Positions 25,044 to 37,939 of a stretch of 64,000 nucleotides of DNA are shown here, in pieces; positions within the stretch are counted from its first letter, which is position 1, and each line of letters opens with the position of its first letter. The position numbers and the translations under genes are program-made. Source of the stretch: Mobula hypostoma (taxonomy: Eukaryota); the NCBI RefSeq assembly GCF_963921235.1, contig NC_086097.1, positions 118,360,001 through 118,424,000 of the forward strand, written 5' to 3'. The notes beneath the pieces are model-generated. The model was not told the DNA's origin and ran no database searches. It saw nothing but the letters and a program-made list of their open reading frames with translations.

Positions 25044-25074
25044 AACAAAATAGGTTCGAAGAATCCTAACCTGT

Positions 25075-25400
25075 CAGAACAAAAGATAAAGATAACGTGT
25101 GTAGGGAACATTGGTTTTCAAGAGATATTGAGGCCCTGGTTAAGAAAGAAAGAGAGGGGCATTGCAAGTGTAAGAAGTTAGGCACAAATGAGTTACTTAT
25201 GGAGTATAAGAAATGCAAAAGAACACTTAAGATAGAAATCAATAGGACTGAAAGAAGACATGAGGTTGCCCTAGCAGACAGGGTAAAGGTTTTCTATGGA
25301 TATGATAAAAGCAAAAGGTTTACAAGGGACAAATTTGGTCCTCTGGAAGATCAGAATGGTAATCCATGTGCGGAGCCAATACGGATGGGAGAGATTTGAC
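25075..25400 (+). mobile_element. CR1 ORF2 internal fragment
   Basis: HWFSRDIEALVKKE...EINRTERRHEVALADRVK...GPLEDQNG matches the CR1 linker region. Confidence 0.7.
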
Positions 25401-25491
25401 TGTATAACAAAACATGTTCAAAGCATCCAGACAATAGTAGAAAATCTAATAGCAGAGAAAGACAGGCTTAAAGCAAACACTATTGTGTGAG

Positions 25492-25713
25492 CAACATACA
25501 TCAAAGTTGCTGGTGAACGCAGCAGGCCAAGCAACATCTATAGGAAGAGGCGCAGTCGACGTTTCAGGCCGAGACCCTTCGTCAGGACGAAGGGTCTCGG
25601 CCTGAAATGTCGACTGCGCCTCTTCCTATAGATGCTGCTTGGCCTGCTGCGTTCACCAGCAACTTTGATGTATGTTGCTTGAATTTCCAGCATCTGCAGA
25701 ATTCCTGTTGTTT
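25492..25713. mobile_element. Penelope-derived hairpin (fold-back) insertion
   Basis: Palindrome 25490-25679 with 94-bp arms, 2-nt centre and 2 mismatches; TSD actattgtgtgag (25479-25491 / 25714-25726). Confidence 0.85.
25555..25588 (-). ncRNA. Minimal type I hammerhead ribozyme motif
   Basis: Minus strand reads gtc-CTGACGA-agggtctcggcct-GAAA-cgTC-gac: core boxes, short stem II, palindromic ACGT stem III, GUC cleavage triplet, stem I gtc/gac. Confidence 0.7.
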
Positions 25714-26229
25714 ACTATTGTGTGAGAGAAGGATTTAGGAAAAATTATGGAACCAAAGCCCAACTAGACTATGGACATTAAAATTGCACCCTAAGGTGTC
25801 GAAAGCTGCAAACATTGAGATCAGATACATTAACTCAGAATCAGAGGCTCACTCACTTAGAGCAGGTGAGGAGAAATTGCTTCTCCTAGAATGTTGTGGC
25901 TCTTTAGAATTCTCTATCCTGGAGAGAGGTGTAGATTTAATAATAAATGATATTCTAGAAAGGTCTTTGGTCCAGTGATGTATCAGGCTGGAAAAGAAGC
26001 TAAGTTCAAACTCAGGTAGGCTCCTACCTTATTGTAAGATGGAGCAGGTCTGAGAGGCCACATTGCTCAATGTAGATTCTCAAGGTATTATATGGTGACA
26101 TGTATGTACTTTGATAATACATTTTCTTTGACTTTGATCACGTCTTCTATTTCTAATGCTGCTGTGCTGCTATATTCTTTGTAACCTGCAAGGCTAGTTT
26201 CAGTGATCCACATGTATTTTGACAATCAC

Positions 26230-26730
26230 TCGAGCTGAGTATGATGGGGTTGTCTGATATGGGTCCTCAAATGGCTGTACAGACCAATCCAGGATTCACA
26301 TATTCTGTTGCAGTGTGGGTGAGGGTAAGTGGTAGCTGTGGTTAGTGTTTGGGTCTTTTGGTTGTTCAGTCTTTCCATTCACAGATGCTGCTTGTTCTTA
26401 GTGGAACAGTGGAAGTCGCTCTCATGTAGCACAGCTCCCACTGGAACAGATTTCCTCCAGGTGTATCTATTGAGTGCAATGTCTTCCCAGTTTTTAGGTG
26501 CAATGTTGAATTTCTGCAGGCTGATTTTGACGACACCTTTGAAGTGTTTCCGTTGCCCACCAGGGGTTTGTTCACCTTCCTTCAGCTGGAAGTAAAGGAT
26601 CTATTTGGGGAGACACGAGTTAGGCATCTAGATGATACGACGTATACATCAGAGTTGTTGTGGTTCTATCATGCTGACCTCCTCCAGTATGCTGGTGTTA
26701 GTTCGTTTCTCCGTCCAGCTAATCATTGCT
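26230..26730 (-). mobile_element. RTE-clade LINE 3' fragment
   Basis: Minus strand gives ..GGQRKHFKGVVK..WEDIALNRYTWR.. and a terminal C2H2-like HCNRICESWIGLYSHLRTH. Confidence 0.7.
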
Positions 26731-28539
26731 TTTAGTATACTACTCCATTTGCAAAATAATATATTGCTTCATTATTTTCACAGGAAGCAGCTCACACATT
26801 TTAATGTTGAAACTAATCTGATAATTGTGAGCCCACGCTACAATTTAAACATGCAATTTGTTTTAATTCAGTAATTTCTCTGGAAAATTGGATCACTGTG
26901 TTTGTTTTTAAATGTTTTCTTGTGCATTCTTCAGCAGGATATCATTTTCTTCTCTAACATTAGATTAAGATGACTAGTCAATTAACCCCATGACAACTTT
27001 TATCTTCCTTGTAAAATGAAGGTATAACTTTGTGTAATTGCTATTTCTCACACACTGTAACCTTCCTTCGGGAATTAATAAAAATGTTCAGCAGTGTCTC
27101 AGTGACCCTTCCCTCAGTTTTTAAAACACGGATGAGAACAATATATCCAGAGCAGAGATTCCATACTCCATCCGCTTAGTTAATGTATGTGTTTCTTTTT
27201 CAGCGTTTGATTGCCCTGATATTATTTCCACCCTCATCTTCTGATCACATATCTGCCTTATTCCTTTACCTTAAATCATAAAGTGAACTCATAATCAATT
27301 TTGTTATTTCTCTCTCACTATCTCCAATGACATCCTATGATCTTATTCCCATCCCATCATATTTTAATTCATGTAACTATAGAATTATTTTTATATTTTA
27401 TTTTTGTTAATGATTTTGTCTTATTGTACTTCTTTGAGTAGATTTATTTTGCCTTTTCTTTTATGAAGGGATATGGGAGGGGGGAGGCAAGAGATTGTGG
27501 CTGAGAAGAAGAATAGATCAATCATGATCAACTGGCAGAGCAGACTCGATGAGTCAAATAGCCTAACTCTCCTCCCATTCTTATGGTCTTATCTCTTGAT
27601 ATTCAACTAATTACACTCCTCCCTAACGTTCATGTATTTGATGTTTACTTCTTCACTATCTTCAAATTTCCCTTATGTTTTTATTCAACTGACAGTCGAA
27701 TTGAATGATAGTTTTCTCTGGATTATATCCAGCATGTATTTTCTTGTCACTCCAGTGAGTGCCAATTACAATGTTTCTCATTGCTAATTTATATTAGCAT
27801 TTGCCAATATTGCTGTGCATTTTGCTTACATAACTTCTACATACATCTTGTCAAAATTGGGATTGCTCCACATCTTCGCAATTCTTAGATATTTCTCAAT
27901 CTTAACATACACTCCATTATAGTTACTCTTATATAGATGATCTGCTTCTTTTTCATTTTTTATTGGTTCTAGTCATACCTAATTTTTAAATGCAACATAT
28001 TCCCTATTTACACTCTAATCTGGGTCTGAAGGAGAATAGAGAAGTTATGCAAGAATGCTTTTAAATCTATAGTTTTCTTCGTCTCAAGAACTACAACAGT
28101 GCATGGAAGGATTTCAAGGTTGGCTAGACTTGATTTCAATGTCTATCTGTACTGAATGATGGAAACTATTTATATCTGTGAAAGGATTTGTATTTTGGTA
28201 CATTGTCACTGGCAAACTGTCTACAAAAGAAGGAAATGATTGAGAGAGAGTGAATCAACTGTGGAAGGTTGAAAGTAGTGTGGTGAGGACCAATGGGTTT
28301 TGTTCAGTTGATTCAAGGCACTTGCCTTTTGATGTGGAATTTGGGCAGGCCACAGGAGACTGCAGCAAACTATAATGCTTCTGAAAACATTTGTTGGACT
28401 GCAAGGCATTGCATGGCTCTGTTCAATGGATTTGGGAAATTTAAAAATGACTTTTAGAGGATTTGTGTAGCACAATTCTCTCATACCATGAGCCTCATTT
28501 TTTTCTTTATTTGCCTTTGCATTCCATCTATTTTTTAAA

Positions 28540-28845
28540 TTTACTTTTATTTATTTTATGAAGAAATACAGCAGGGAATAGACCCATCTGACCTATTGTG
28601 CTTCACCACTCATTAATCCTCAGATTTTAACTGTAGCCTAATCACAGCACAATTTACAATGACAAATGAATTTACTCACTGGTACATCTTTGGAATGTGT
28701 GAGGAAACAGGAGCACCAGCAGGAAACCCATGTGCTCATGAGAAGAATGTGCAAACTTTCTTACAGAGGATGTAGGAACTAAACTCAAAATTCCAACACC
28801 CCAAGCTGTAATGGCGTTGAAGTAACTACTATGCTACTGTGAGGC
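28540..28845 (-). mobile_element. HE1/V-SINE-like tRNA SINE
   Basis: gaggaaacaggagcaccagcaggaaaccca V-domain motif (reverse complement). Confidence 0.65.
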
Positions 28846-28943
28846 CCAACTTCATCATTAACCAGAAAACCTGTTGTATGTTTGTGAGAAATCATGGCTG
28901 ATATGAGCTGCTGCTGCATGATGACGCACCATGGTTTCTTATA

Positions 28944-31900
28944 TGTAACTCTTGCTTGGGCTAGCAGCTTAATATCAGGGGTGATAGCCCCTGGCCCGGC
29001 CAAACTAAAAAACATCTCATTTGGGTAGATGCTGCACGATGTGTCCCCTGTTACAAATCAGTACTCTAAAATACCAAAAAGCACACAATATGCAATTAAA
29101 CTACTAAGCTTTATAATTCTCACTTTGACTACATGGTTAGTAAAAAAAGAACAGAAAAAGAAAAAAGGACCAATCTTATGAAACAGTCTATTATTGCGCA
29201 ATGTTGGAGCTCACTGATAAGCCGACCTTCCACCATCGAGATCCTCTGATCGTCGCTGCCCTGCGGACCCTCGCTCCAAGTCCACTCCATCCACTGATCT
29301 ACCAACTCCCTCCATTCGTGTCTTCTCTCATCTCTCCCCGGCAAAAGACCACGAAAATCTATCTTCCAGCTGACAAGAAAGAACAACCGCATTCCAAACC
29401 CCTTTATCTCTAGTCATAATCCAAACATTGCTGCTACAGAGAATCCATTACATTATCAGTGAAACCTTACAGCCTGTTACACAGCAGTGAAACCCTACAG
29501 CATGTTACACTCTTAACCCACCAAATTTAGTCACGTCCTCATGACGTTGAGATAATTCGCCAACCTTCCTGCAAAAGACAAAGCTCAATCCAGGTGTAAA
29601 AGGCAGTGACATAGCTCCCCAACACAGTAGGGGTCACAGTCTGTTCCCCTGGTGCTACATAGGCCAACCTATCCGGTGGTCTCCTAATTCTTTGAGACCT
29701 CCGCACTCCATCATCTCACTCTTCAGGTTCCGACACTACTGGGGATACTTCCGGTCTACCTGGCGAGGCCTCCCCCGATCTATCACTCGTGCCCACCTGC
29801 AACTCGAAGCCCTCTGTCCCGTGATCAAACCCTGCTTCCTCCCCTGCAGAGTCCCACTGCAACCCAGGCTGCCCACAGATAGCCCGCCCCCGCCCCCCCA
29901 CTTCACCTGTCTCAATGGGAGAAGGGCCAGGAGTCTCCTCCTCAGTCACTGGGGAGTTAGCAAAAAGCAGCACATACCACACATCCAGATCCTCATCCTC
30001 CGAATCAGTATCCCTCTCAGGGGTGGGGGCCGGCCTAACCTCACCTGTTGGGGGCCCGGTAGTCACCCCACATTTCCAAAGAGTCCTCTTACTCGGTGTA
30101 GGCTCCAAGTCGGGCTCTGGCTCTATCTGCACCTCTTGTCCCAGGGCAGCAGGTGGTTCTGATGGAGAATCTTGACAGGCCCATTCCCATCCTCTGGTTT
30201 CACCCAGAGAACTGATAGGTTTGGCATCTGACTCTCCACCACATAGGGTGTAGCCACCCAGCGGTCAGCCAACTTATTCTTTTCAGGTAGCCCCAAATTC
30301 CTTATGAGGACTCGGTCTCCTGGCTGGAATTGGGAGAACCTCACCTTCTGATTATACCTTCTCTTATTCCTTGATTCTGCTGGGCAGCTGCGACCCCAGC
30401 TAATTCATAAGCCCTTTTCAGCTCTTTTCTCATGTCAGACATATACTTCACATAAGTCTTCAGTGGTAAGTCACCCTTGTCAGTCCCAAAACAAAGGTCA
30501 ATGGGCAACTTTGCCTCATGCTCAAACACCAGATAATATGGCGAGTACTCAGTAGCTTTGTTTCGTGTACAGTTATAACTGTGAACCAGATGCCCAATAT
30601 GTTGACTCCACCTGCTCTTCTTGCTGATCTCCAGGGTGCCAAGCATGTCTAGCAAGGTCCGATTAAACCTCTCTGGCTGGGGATCATGCTGTGGGTGATA
30701 GGGCATGGTCCTCGACCTCCACTCCAAGCATGACCAGTAACTTATGGATGAGTCTGCTCTCGAAATCCCATCCCTGTTCACTGTGTATCTGCCTGGGGAA
30801 GCCATAATAAACAAAATACTTCTCTAATAACACTTTTGCCACCGTAGTTGCCCTCTGGTCCTTGGTAGGAAAAGACTGTGCATATCTGGTGTAGTGGTCT
30901 GCGATGACTAAGATATTCACCGTGTTGCTGGCATCAGGTTTGATTGACAGAAAATCCATACACACCAGGTCCAGGGGCTCCACAGTCTGTAAGTGGGACA
31001 AGGGAGCTGCATGCGTAGGCAATGTCTTCCGCTGTATGCACCAAACGCATGACTTGCAGTATTCTTCGATCTCTGAATTCATTTGGGGCCAGTAAAACCA
31101 GTCTCTGAGCAATCCATAGGTCTTTTCCACCCCCAAATGTCTAGAATCATCATGAAGTGATTTCAACGCCATCCTCCAATACCTCTTGGGCAGAACCAGC
31201 TGGCAATGCTGGGGTTGGTCTGGGGGTGACGTGACCTGGTATGAGATCTGGTTCTTCAACTCCAACCGAGGCCATTCTCATAGTAATGGAGGCACTGACA
31301 TGTGTTTCATCCTCTCTGCCTGAGCCATGTCTCGCTTTTCGACCGCTGCCCAAATGGTACCAATGCCCGGATCATCTCGCTGAGCAGTTGCTACTTCCCC
31401 AGAACTCAATTCCGGCAGCTGATTTGTCTTCAGAGCAGTCAGGTTACAATAAACTTGGGAGATGGTGTCATCAGAAGCCCCAATTGATCCACCGCTCGCT
31501 CCTGCCCCTTCTTTTTCCTCTGCCTTCACGGTGATGGCAAATTGACACATGGCCTTCACCCCTGGAGCAGGAACGCTCTCCCACTCCTCATCCCTGACTA
31601 GTCCCTCATGCGCCCATCGGGACAAAGCATCAGCATCAATGTCCCTGCTTCCCGGCCGGTACTTCAGGCTGAAATCATAGGCAGACAACACTGCCAACCA
31701 CCGATGGCCTGAGGCATCCAGTTTCCCCAAGGTCAGGATACAAGTTAGGTGGTTGTTGTCCGTCCTCACCTCAAACTTGGCCCTGTAGAGGTAGTCACTC
31801 AGCTTATCCACCAACACCCATTTCACCACCAGAAATTCTAACTTGTGCTTGAGATAGTTTTTCTGGGAGAGCACAGACTCTGGCTGACAAACACATCGGG

Positions 31901-32089
31901 CCTCAACCTAGAGCCCTGATCCTGATACAGGATGTCCCTTAAACCCAGACTCACAAGAAAGAACAACAGCAGTCCAAACCCCGTTATCTCTAGTCATAAC
32001 CCAAACATTACTGCTACAGAGAAACCATTATATTACCAGTGAAACCTTACAGCATGTTACACAGCAGTGAAACCCTACAGCATGTTACA
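28944..32089 (-). mobile_element. Internally deleted Gypsy LTR retrotransposon (RNase H end and integrase only)
   Basis: 3' LTR 28944-29509 (TGTAAC..GTTACA) next to a purine-rich tract; partial 5' LTR 31953-32089 repeats 29373-29509; HKLEFL..TDNN RNase H motifs, H2C2 and DHYTRY integrase motifs; flanks tata / tatc. Confidence 0.85.
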
Positions 32090-32399
32090 TATCATGTTAT
32101 CATAGACAGTGGCTCCTAAAGTGTGTGATATTACAAAATGGGAGATCCTAAAGGAGTGATAAGATAAACGGGGAGAGGAGAGGTGAGGAAGATTGTCACT
32201 GCAGCACCACTCAATGAGCTGACCTAGCTTGCTCATTTACCGCACAGCCCCCCCCCCCCACCCCGTTGCTATCTGTAATTTTGCCAACAATAGTCGTGTT
32301 GCTGGAAAATTAGCTCTCTTTTTGACACCACTTATTCAATTTTAATTTTTAAATATATTTCTTATTAAAATATATAGCTTTTTTTATTTTGGATTCTGC

Positions 32400-32635
32400 A
32401 TCAACAAAAATTAGAGAGGATTGGCCAGCTTGCAAGCGTCACTGTGCTTCTAACACCACAAGACAGTTTACTAAAATTAATTATCTGTCTTTGGAATATG
32501 GGAGGAAATCGGAGCACCCAGAGGAAATCCATGTGGCCACGGGGCAAATATACAAACTCTTTACAGACAACAGAAGGAATCAAACCCCACGCTCGCTGCT
32601 GACACAGTAAAGTGATAGACTAGCCACTACACTAT
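32400..32635 (-). mobile_element. HE1/V-SINE-like tRNA SINE
   Basis: gggaggaaatcggagcacccagaggaaatcc V-domain motif (reverse complement). Confidence 0.65.
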
Positions 32636-33879
32636 GATGAATTACCAAATGAAGACATTCTTTACAAAGATCCCCACCAACCAGGTCATGCCTTCTTCTC
32701 GCTGCTACAGTTAGCAAGGAGGTAGAGAAGCCACATCTCACCGCCCGCCCCCCCCCCCGACCCCGGTTCAGGAGCAGCTATTTTGTTACGATCATCAGTA
32801 TTTGAACTTAGCTGTACAACTCTAACCCTGCCTCAGAAGTGGAACACTACAGACCACTTGCATGACAATGTTTTTAGTCTGCATCCTATGCATTCTTGCT
32901 TTTGCACACTGTTTGGTGAAATTTCATGCACAATTTATGTGTCACCTATGTTCTCTGAGCTGTCTGTGATGCTGTTGCAAACAGGTTTTCCACTGTACTG
33001 ATTCATACGGCAACAAACTCAACTTGAATAGAATAGGAAAACTGTTTACAGAATAAATAAGATTCAAGGTTGTTTAATGTCACTTCTAGTACACAAGTGT
33101 AAAGGAGAACAAAATAATTGTTACTCTAGATCTGATGCAGCATAAAAAAAACACAATAAAGTAAGAAACACCATAGTATAAAAAACACACTAAATATAAA
33201 TGTGCAAGATAGCTTATGAATATAGATTGTACTAGTATCCAAGACATCTTCAAGGAGCAGTGCCTCAGAAAGGTGGCATCCATTGTTAAGGACCCCCATC
33301 ACCCAGAACATGCCCTCTTCTCATTATTATTGTGGGGAAGAAGGTGGGAAGCCTGAAGGCACACACTCAGCAATTCAGGAACAGCTTCTTCCCCTCTGTC
33401 ATCTGACTCCTAAATGGACATTGAAACCATGAACACTACCTCACTTTTCTTATGTTATTTCTGTTTTTCCCACTATTTTTAATTTAACTATTTAATATAC
33501 AGTGGCATGCAAAAGTTTTGACACCCCGGTCAAAATTTCTGTTACTGTGAACAGTTAAGTGAGTAGAAGATGAACTGATCTCCAAAAGTCATAAAGTTAA
33601 AGATGAAACATTCTTTTCAACATCTTAAGCAAGATTAGTGTATTATTTTTATTTTATACAATTTTAGAGTGGAAAAAAAGGAAAGGAACACCTTGCAAAA
33701 GTTTGGGCACCCCAAGAGATTTGAGCTGTCAGATAACTTTTACTAAGGTCTCAGACCTTAATAAGCTTGTTAGGGCTATGGCTTGTTCACAGCCATTGTT
33801 AGGAAAGGCCAGGTTATGCAAATTTCAAAGCTTTATAAATACCCTGACTCCTCAAACTTTGTCCCAACAATCAGCAGCC

Positions 33880-36800
33880 ATGGGCTCCTCTAAGGCGCAC
33901 GGGTGTAGCTTGTCGTCCTCTGCTGAACGCTGTGACAGTATAGCCCCTACTCCTACATCAGAGGTGTCAGTCTCTACAATAAACTGCCTTGTAGGATCGG
34001 GCTGAAGGAGGATAGGTGCCATGGTGAAATGAGTCTTTAGATCAGAAAAGGCTTTCTCAGCTGTTGGATTCCAGGCGAAATTCGACTTGGAGGAGGTTAG
34101 AGCAGTCAGCAGGGTGGCCAGGATGATGCTGAGATTTCGAATGAATCGGCGATAGAAGTTGGCAAACCCAAGAAAGCGTTGGACATCTCGTCGAGAGGCG
34201 GGTTGTGGCCACTACTCTACCGCCTTGATCTTCTGAGGGTCCATCTGGATTCCTCCAGCGCTGATCACATATCCCGGAAACGAAGTTGAACCCAGTGAAA
34301 TTCACACTTTTCCACCTTCACGAATAACTCATTCTCCAGGAGTTGTTGGAGCACCCGAAAGACGTGCTGGATGTGTTCAGAGAGGGACCTAGAAAATATC
34401 AGAATGTCATCCAAGTACACGAATACAAATTGATTCAACATGTCTCTGAGGACGTCACTCACCAGGGACTGGAACACAGCAGGACCATTAGAAAGTCCGA
34501 AAGGCATTACAGATATCTGTAGTGCCCAGATGGCGTATTGAATGCGGTCTTCCACTCATCCCCCTCTCTTATGCAGACCAGATGGTAAGCGTTGCAGAGG
34601 TCGAGCTTGGAGAAGATAGAAGCACCCAGGAGCAACTCAAATGCAGATGACATAAGAGGAAGAGGATAGCGGTTCTTAATGGTGACCTCATTGAGACCTC
34701 TATAGTCCACGCAAGGACACAGGTACCCGTCCTTCTTAGCTACAAAGAAGAACCCTGCGCCTGTGGGGAGGAAGAGGGACGGATAATTCCTGCATCCAAG
34801 GCCTCCTGGATATATTCGTCCATCGCTTCCCTTTCAGGTGGAGACAGGGAATACAGACGGCCCCTCGGTGGCGAGGTTCCCAGAAGGAGATCTATAGCGC
34901 AGTCATAGGGGCGATGTGGGGGTAAGGTGGTGGCCTGAGCCTTGCTGAATATCAGCTTTAGGTCCAGATATTCAGGGGGTACAGAGGACAGATCGGGAAA
35001 CTCTTCTGTAGGCAGAGGAGCCGGACTTTGAGTAGCATGAGCAACACACAGACAATGATTTAGGCAGAAAGGACTCTAGCTTAACACTCTGTTATTAGAC
35101 CAATCAATGTGTGGACCGTGCTGAGCTAGCCATGGGTGGCCTAACACAACATCAGCTTTGGGGGAATCTATTACATGGAAAGCAATGCTCTCCTGGTGAT
35201 TGCCAGAAATGAGGAGACTCACCGGAGCTGTAGAGTGGGTAACCATGGCAAGTTTCACTCCGGTTAAGCTGCTGGCCCCCAGGGGTTGCTTCAGACGGGA
35301 GAGTGGCATCCCAAGATTGGCCGCAAAACTGGAACTGATAAAATTTCCCTCAGCCCCAGAGTTGATAAAAACTGAAACGGCGCATCTCCTCCCTTCAGCC
35401 AGTATAAAAGCAGGTAGCAGGGTTCGAGTGACGGAGAACTGGGGGAAGGAAGTACTGCTCACCTGTAGTCCCCTCTTTACAAGCGAGCATTGGCTTTTAC
35501 GGGACAGGTAGATACATAGTGACCAGCCTGACCACAATACAGACAGGAGTTGGTACTGACTCTCCTCCTTCTTTCCGAAGGAGACAGACGGGTACGATCA
35601 ATCTGCATGAGTTCCGTTGGGCTGGATAGGGGTGACTGAGGACTCAGGGAAGGAGCTCTGGGTGCTGGCTGGGAAGAGGTCAGACGCCCCCTGGTGGTTC
35701 TTTGTGACCCCCGGACATCACGCTCCTGCTGACGCTGTTTTATGCGGCTGTCAATCTTAATTGGCCAAATCGAACAACTCTTGGAAGCCAGCAGGCAGGT
35801 CACGGGTGGCTAGTTCATCCTTAACCTCTTCGCTAAGTGCATAGAGGAACACGTCCGATTGGGCCTCTGAATTCCAGTTGCTAGTGGCGACTAGTGTGCG
35901 GAACTGAATGGCGTAGTCCAAAACAGAACAGTTACCCTGACGAACTCGCAACATCTCCCTTGCTGCCTCTCGCCCCTGCTGGGAACGGTCAAAGACTCTT
36001 CTCATCTCCTCACAAAAGTCCTTAAACGTGTGGCATAAAGGGGCTCTGCTGTCCCACACAGCCGTACCCCACTCTCTTGCTCTTCCTGACAGCAGCGTGA
36101 TAACATAAGCAATACGGGATCGATCTGTGGGAAAGGTAGTGGGCTGCAGCTCAAAAATCAGCGAGCATTGAGACAGGAAGGATCTGCAGGTGCCTGGTTC
36201 ACCATTGTAAAGTTCAGGTGGAGGTAAACGGAGCTCTTGGGCTGGTTGGGTTGGAGTCTGTGGGACTGATGGCACAGCAAGACAAGGCGGGTTAGAGCTC
36301 AGCGCCAGCTGAATCTGCTGTAGCTGGGAGGCCATGCTGGTCAGAGTGGTGGAGAAGGCTTCCATTGACTGATTGATAGAGGCGAACTGCGTTTCATGTC
36401 TCCCTAACAACACACCCTGTTGGGAGAGGGCCTCACGTACCTGGCTGGGGTCCGCTGAGTCCATCTTGGCCAGTTCGTTCTGTTGGGTTTTGGTGGGACT
36501 CAAGTGCAGACCAATGAATACTTTTTCACCAGGGTTTATTAGGGAGCACAAAGGCAACAGTCTTTCAAGAACAGAAGGCAGGCACGAATCCAAATGGCAG
36601 GCAGATGTCTTAACCAGGAAAGGCAGTCAGGCAAGGGCAGACAATCTAGACCGCACAGGCAAAAATCGGGTCCAAGAGCAGGCAAAGTCCAAAACACAGA
36701 ATCAAGCAAAATCGATTGGCAGAAATCACAACGACAGGCTAGAACAACACAGGTCAAAACTGGGACGAACTGGCAGAGGATGCTAGTCAAGGCGGGGTTT

Positions 36801-37939
36801 AAATGGACAGGGTAATGAGTAAAAATTAGAAACAGGTGGGTGCAAATGAAGAGACAAGCAAGTAATTGGAGGAAGTCCAAAAAAGGAAAGAGACTGGGCC
36901 AGAACCCACATGGCTAGGTGAAAGAAAACAGAAATTAAAGGCTGTTGTGATCCAGAGCTACCAGCAGAGGCCCTTTGACCCAATGTTCAGGCTGGATCCT
37001 TAACAGATATAAGAAGATAGCAAAGCGCTTTCAGGTGGCCGTTTCCTCAGTTCATAATGTAGTTAAGAAATGGCAGTTAACAGGAACAATGGAGGTCAAG
37101 TTGAGGTCTGGAAGACCAAGAAAACCTTCTGAGAGAACTGCTCGTAGGATTTCTAGAAAGGCAAATCAAAACCCCCGTTTAACTGCAAAAGACCTTTAGG
37201 AAGATTAGCAGATTCTGGAATAGTGGTGCACTGTTCTACCATGCAGCAGCACCTGCACAAATATGACGTTCATGGAAGAGTCATTGGAAGAAAACCTTTC
37301 CTGTATCCTCACCACAAAATTCAGCGGCAGAAGTTTGCAAAGAAACATCTAAACAAACCTGATACATTTTGGAAACAAGTCCTGTGGATTAATAAAGTTA
37401 AAATAGAACTTTTTGGCCGCAATGAGCAAAGGCATGTTTGGAGAAAAAAGGGTGCAGAATTTCATGAAAAGAGCACCTCTCCAACTGTTAAGCACGGGGG
37501 TGGATCGATCATGCTTCGGGCTTGTGTTCCAGCCAGTGGCACGGGGAACATTTCACTGGTAGAGGGAAGAATTAATTCAATTAAATACCAGCAAACCATC
37601 TGTAATAAAAAGCTGAAGATGATAAGAGGATGGTTTCTACAACAGGATAATGATCCTAAACACACTTCAAAATCCACAATGGACCACCTCAAGAGGTGCA
37701 AGCTGAAGGTTTTGCCATGGCCCTTACAGTCCACTGACTTAAGCATCATCAAAAATCTGTGGATAGACCTCAAAAGAGCAGTGCGTGCAAGACGACCCAA
37801 GAATCTCACAGAACTAGAAGCCTTTTGCAAGGAAGAATGTGTGAAAATCCCGCAAACAAGAATTGAAAGACTCTTAGCTGGCTACAGAAAGTGTTTACAA
37901 TCTGTGATATTTGCCAAAGGGGGTGTTACTAAGTATTGA
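33880..37939 (+). pseudogene. Tc1 transposase pseudogene (ATG at 33880, resumes ~37006)
   Basis: GRPRK, VKHGGGS, QQDNDPKH motifs; first D and the E of the DDE triad appear mutated (WINKVK, STDLSIIKNLW); stops and frameshift. Confidence 0.9.
33895..37005 (-). mobile_element. 3'-truncated Sushi/chromovirus-like Gypsy element (5' LTR 36481-37005, gag, protease, RT, partial RNase H)
   Basis: LTR TG..CA of 525 bp; gag MDSADPSQ..(ATG 36464) with CRSFLSQC and CLYCGQAGHYVSTC; protease [29 protein letters not shown]; ends in RNase H ..DDKLHPCA. Confidence 0.92.

Noticed and set aside
25490..25679. miRNA precursor or classical DNA MITE
   Set aside because: Multi-copy, variable junctions, 13-16 bp TSDs and homology to a Penelope 3' region
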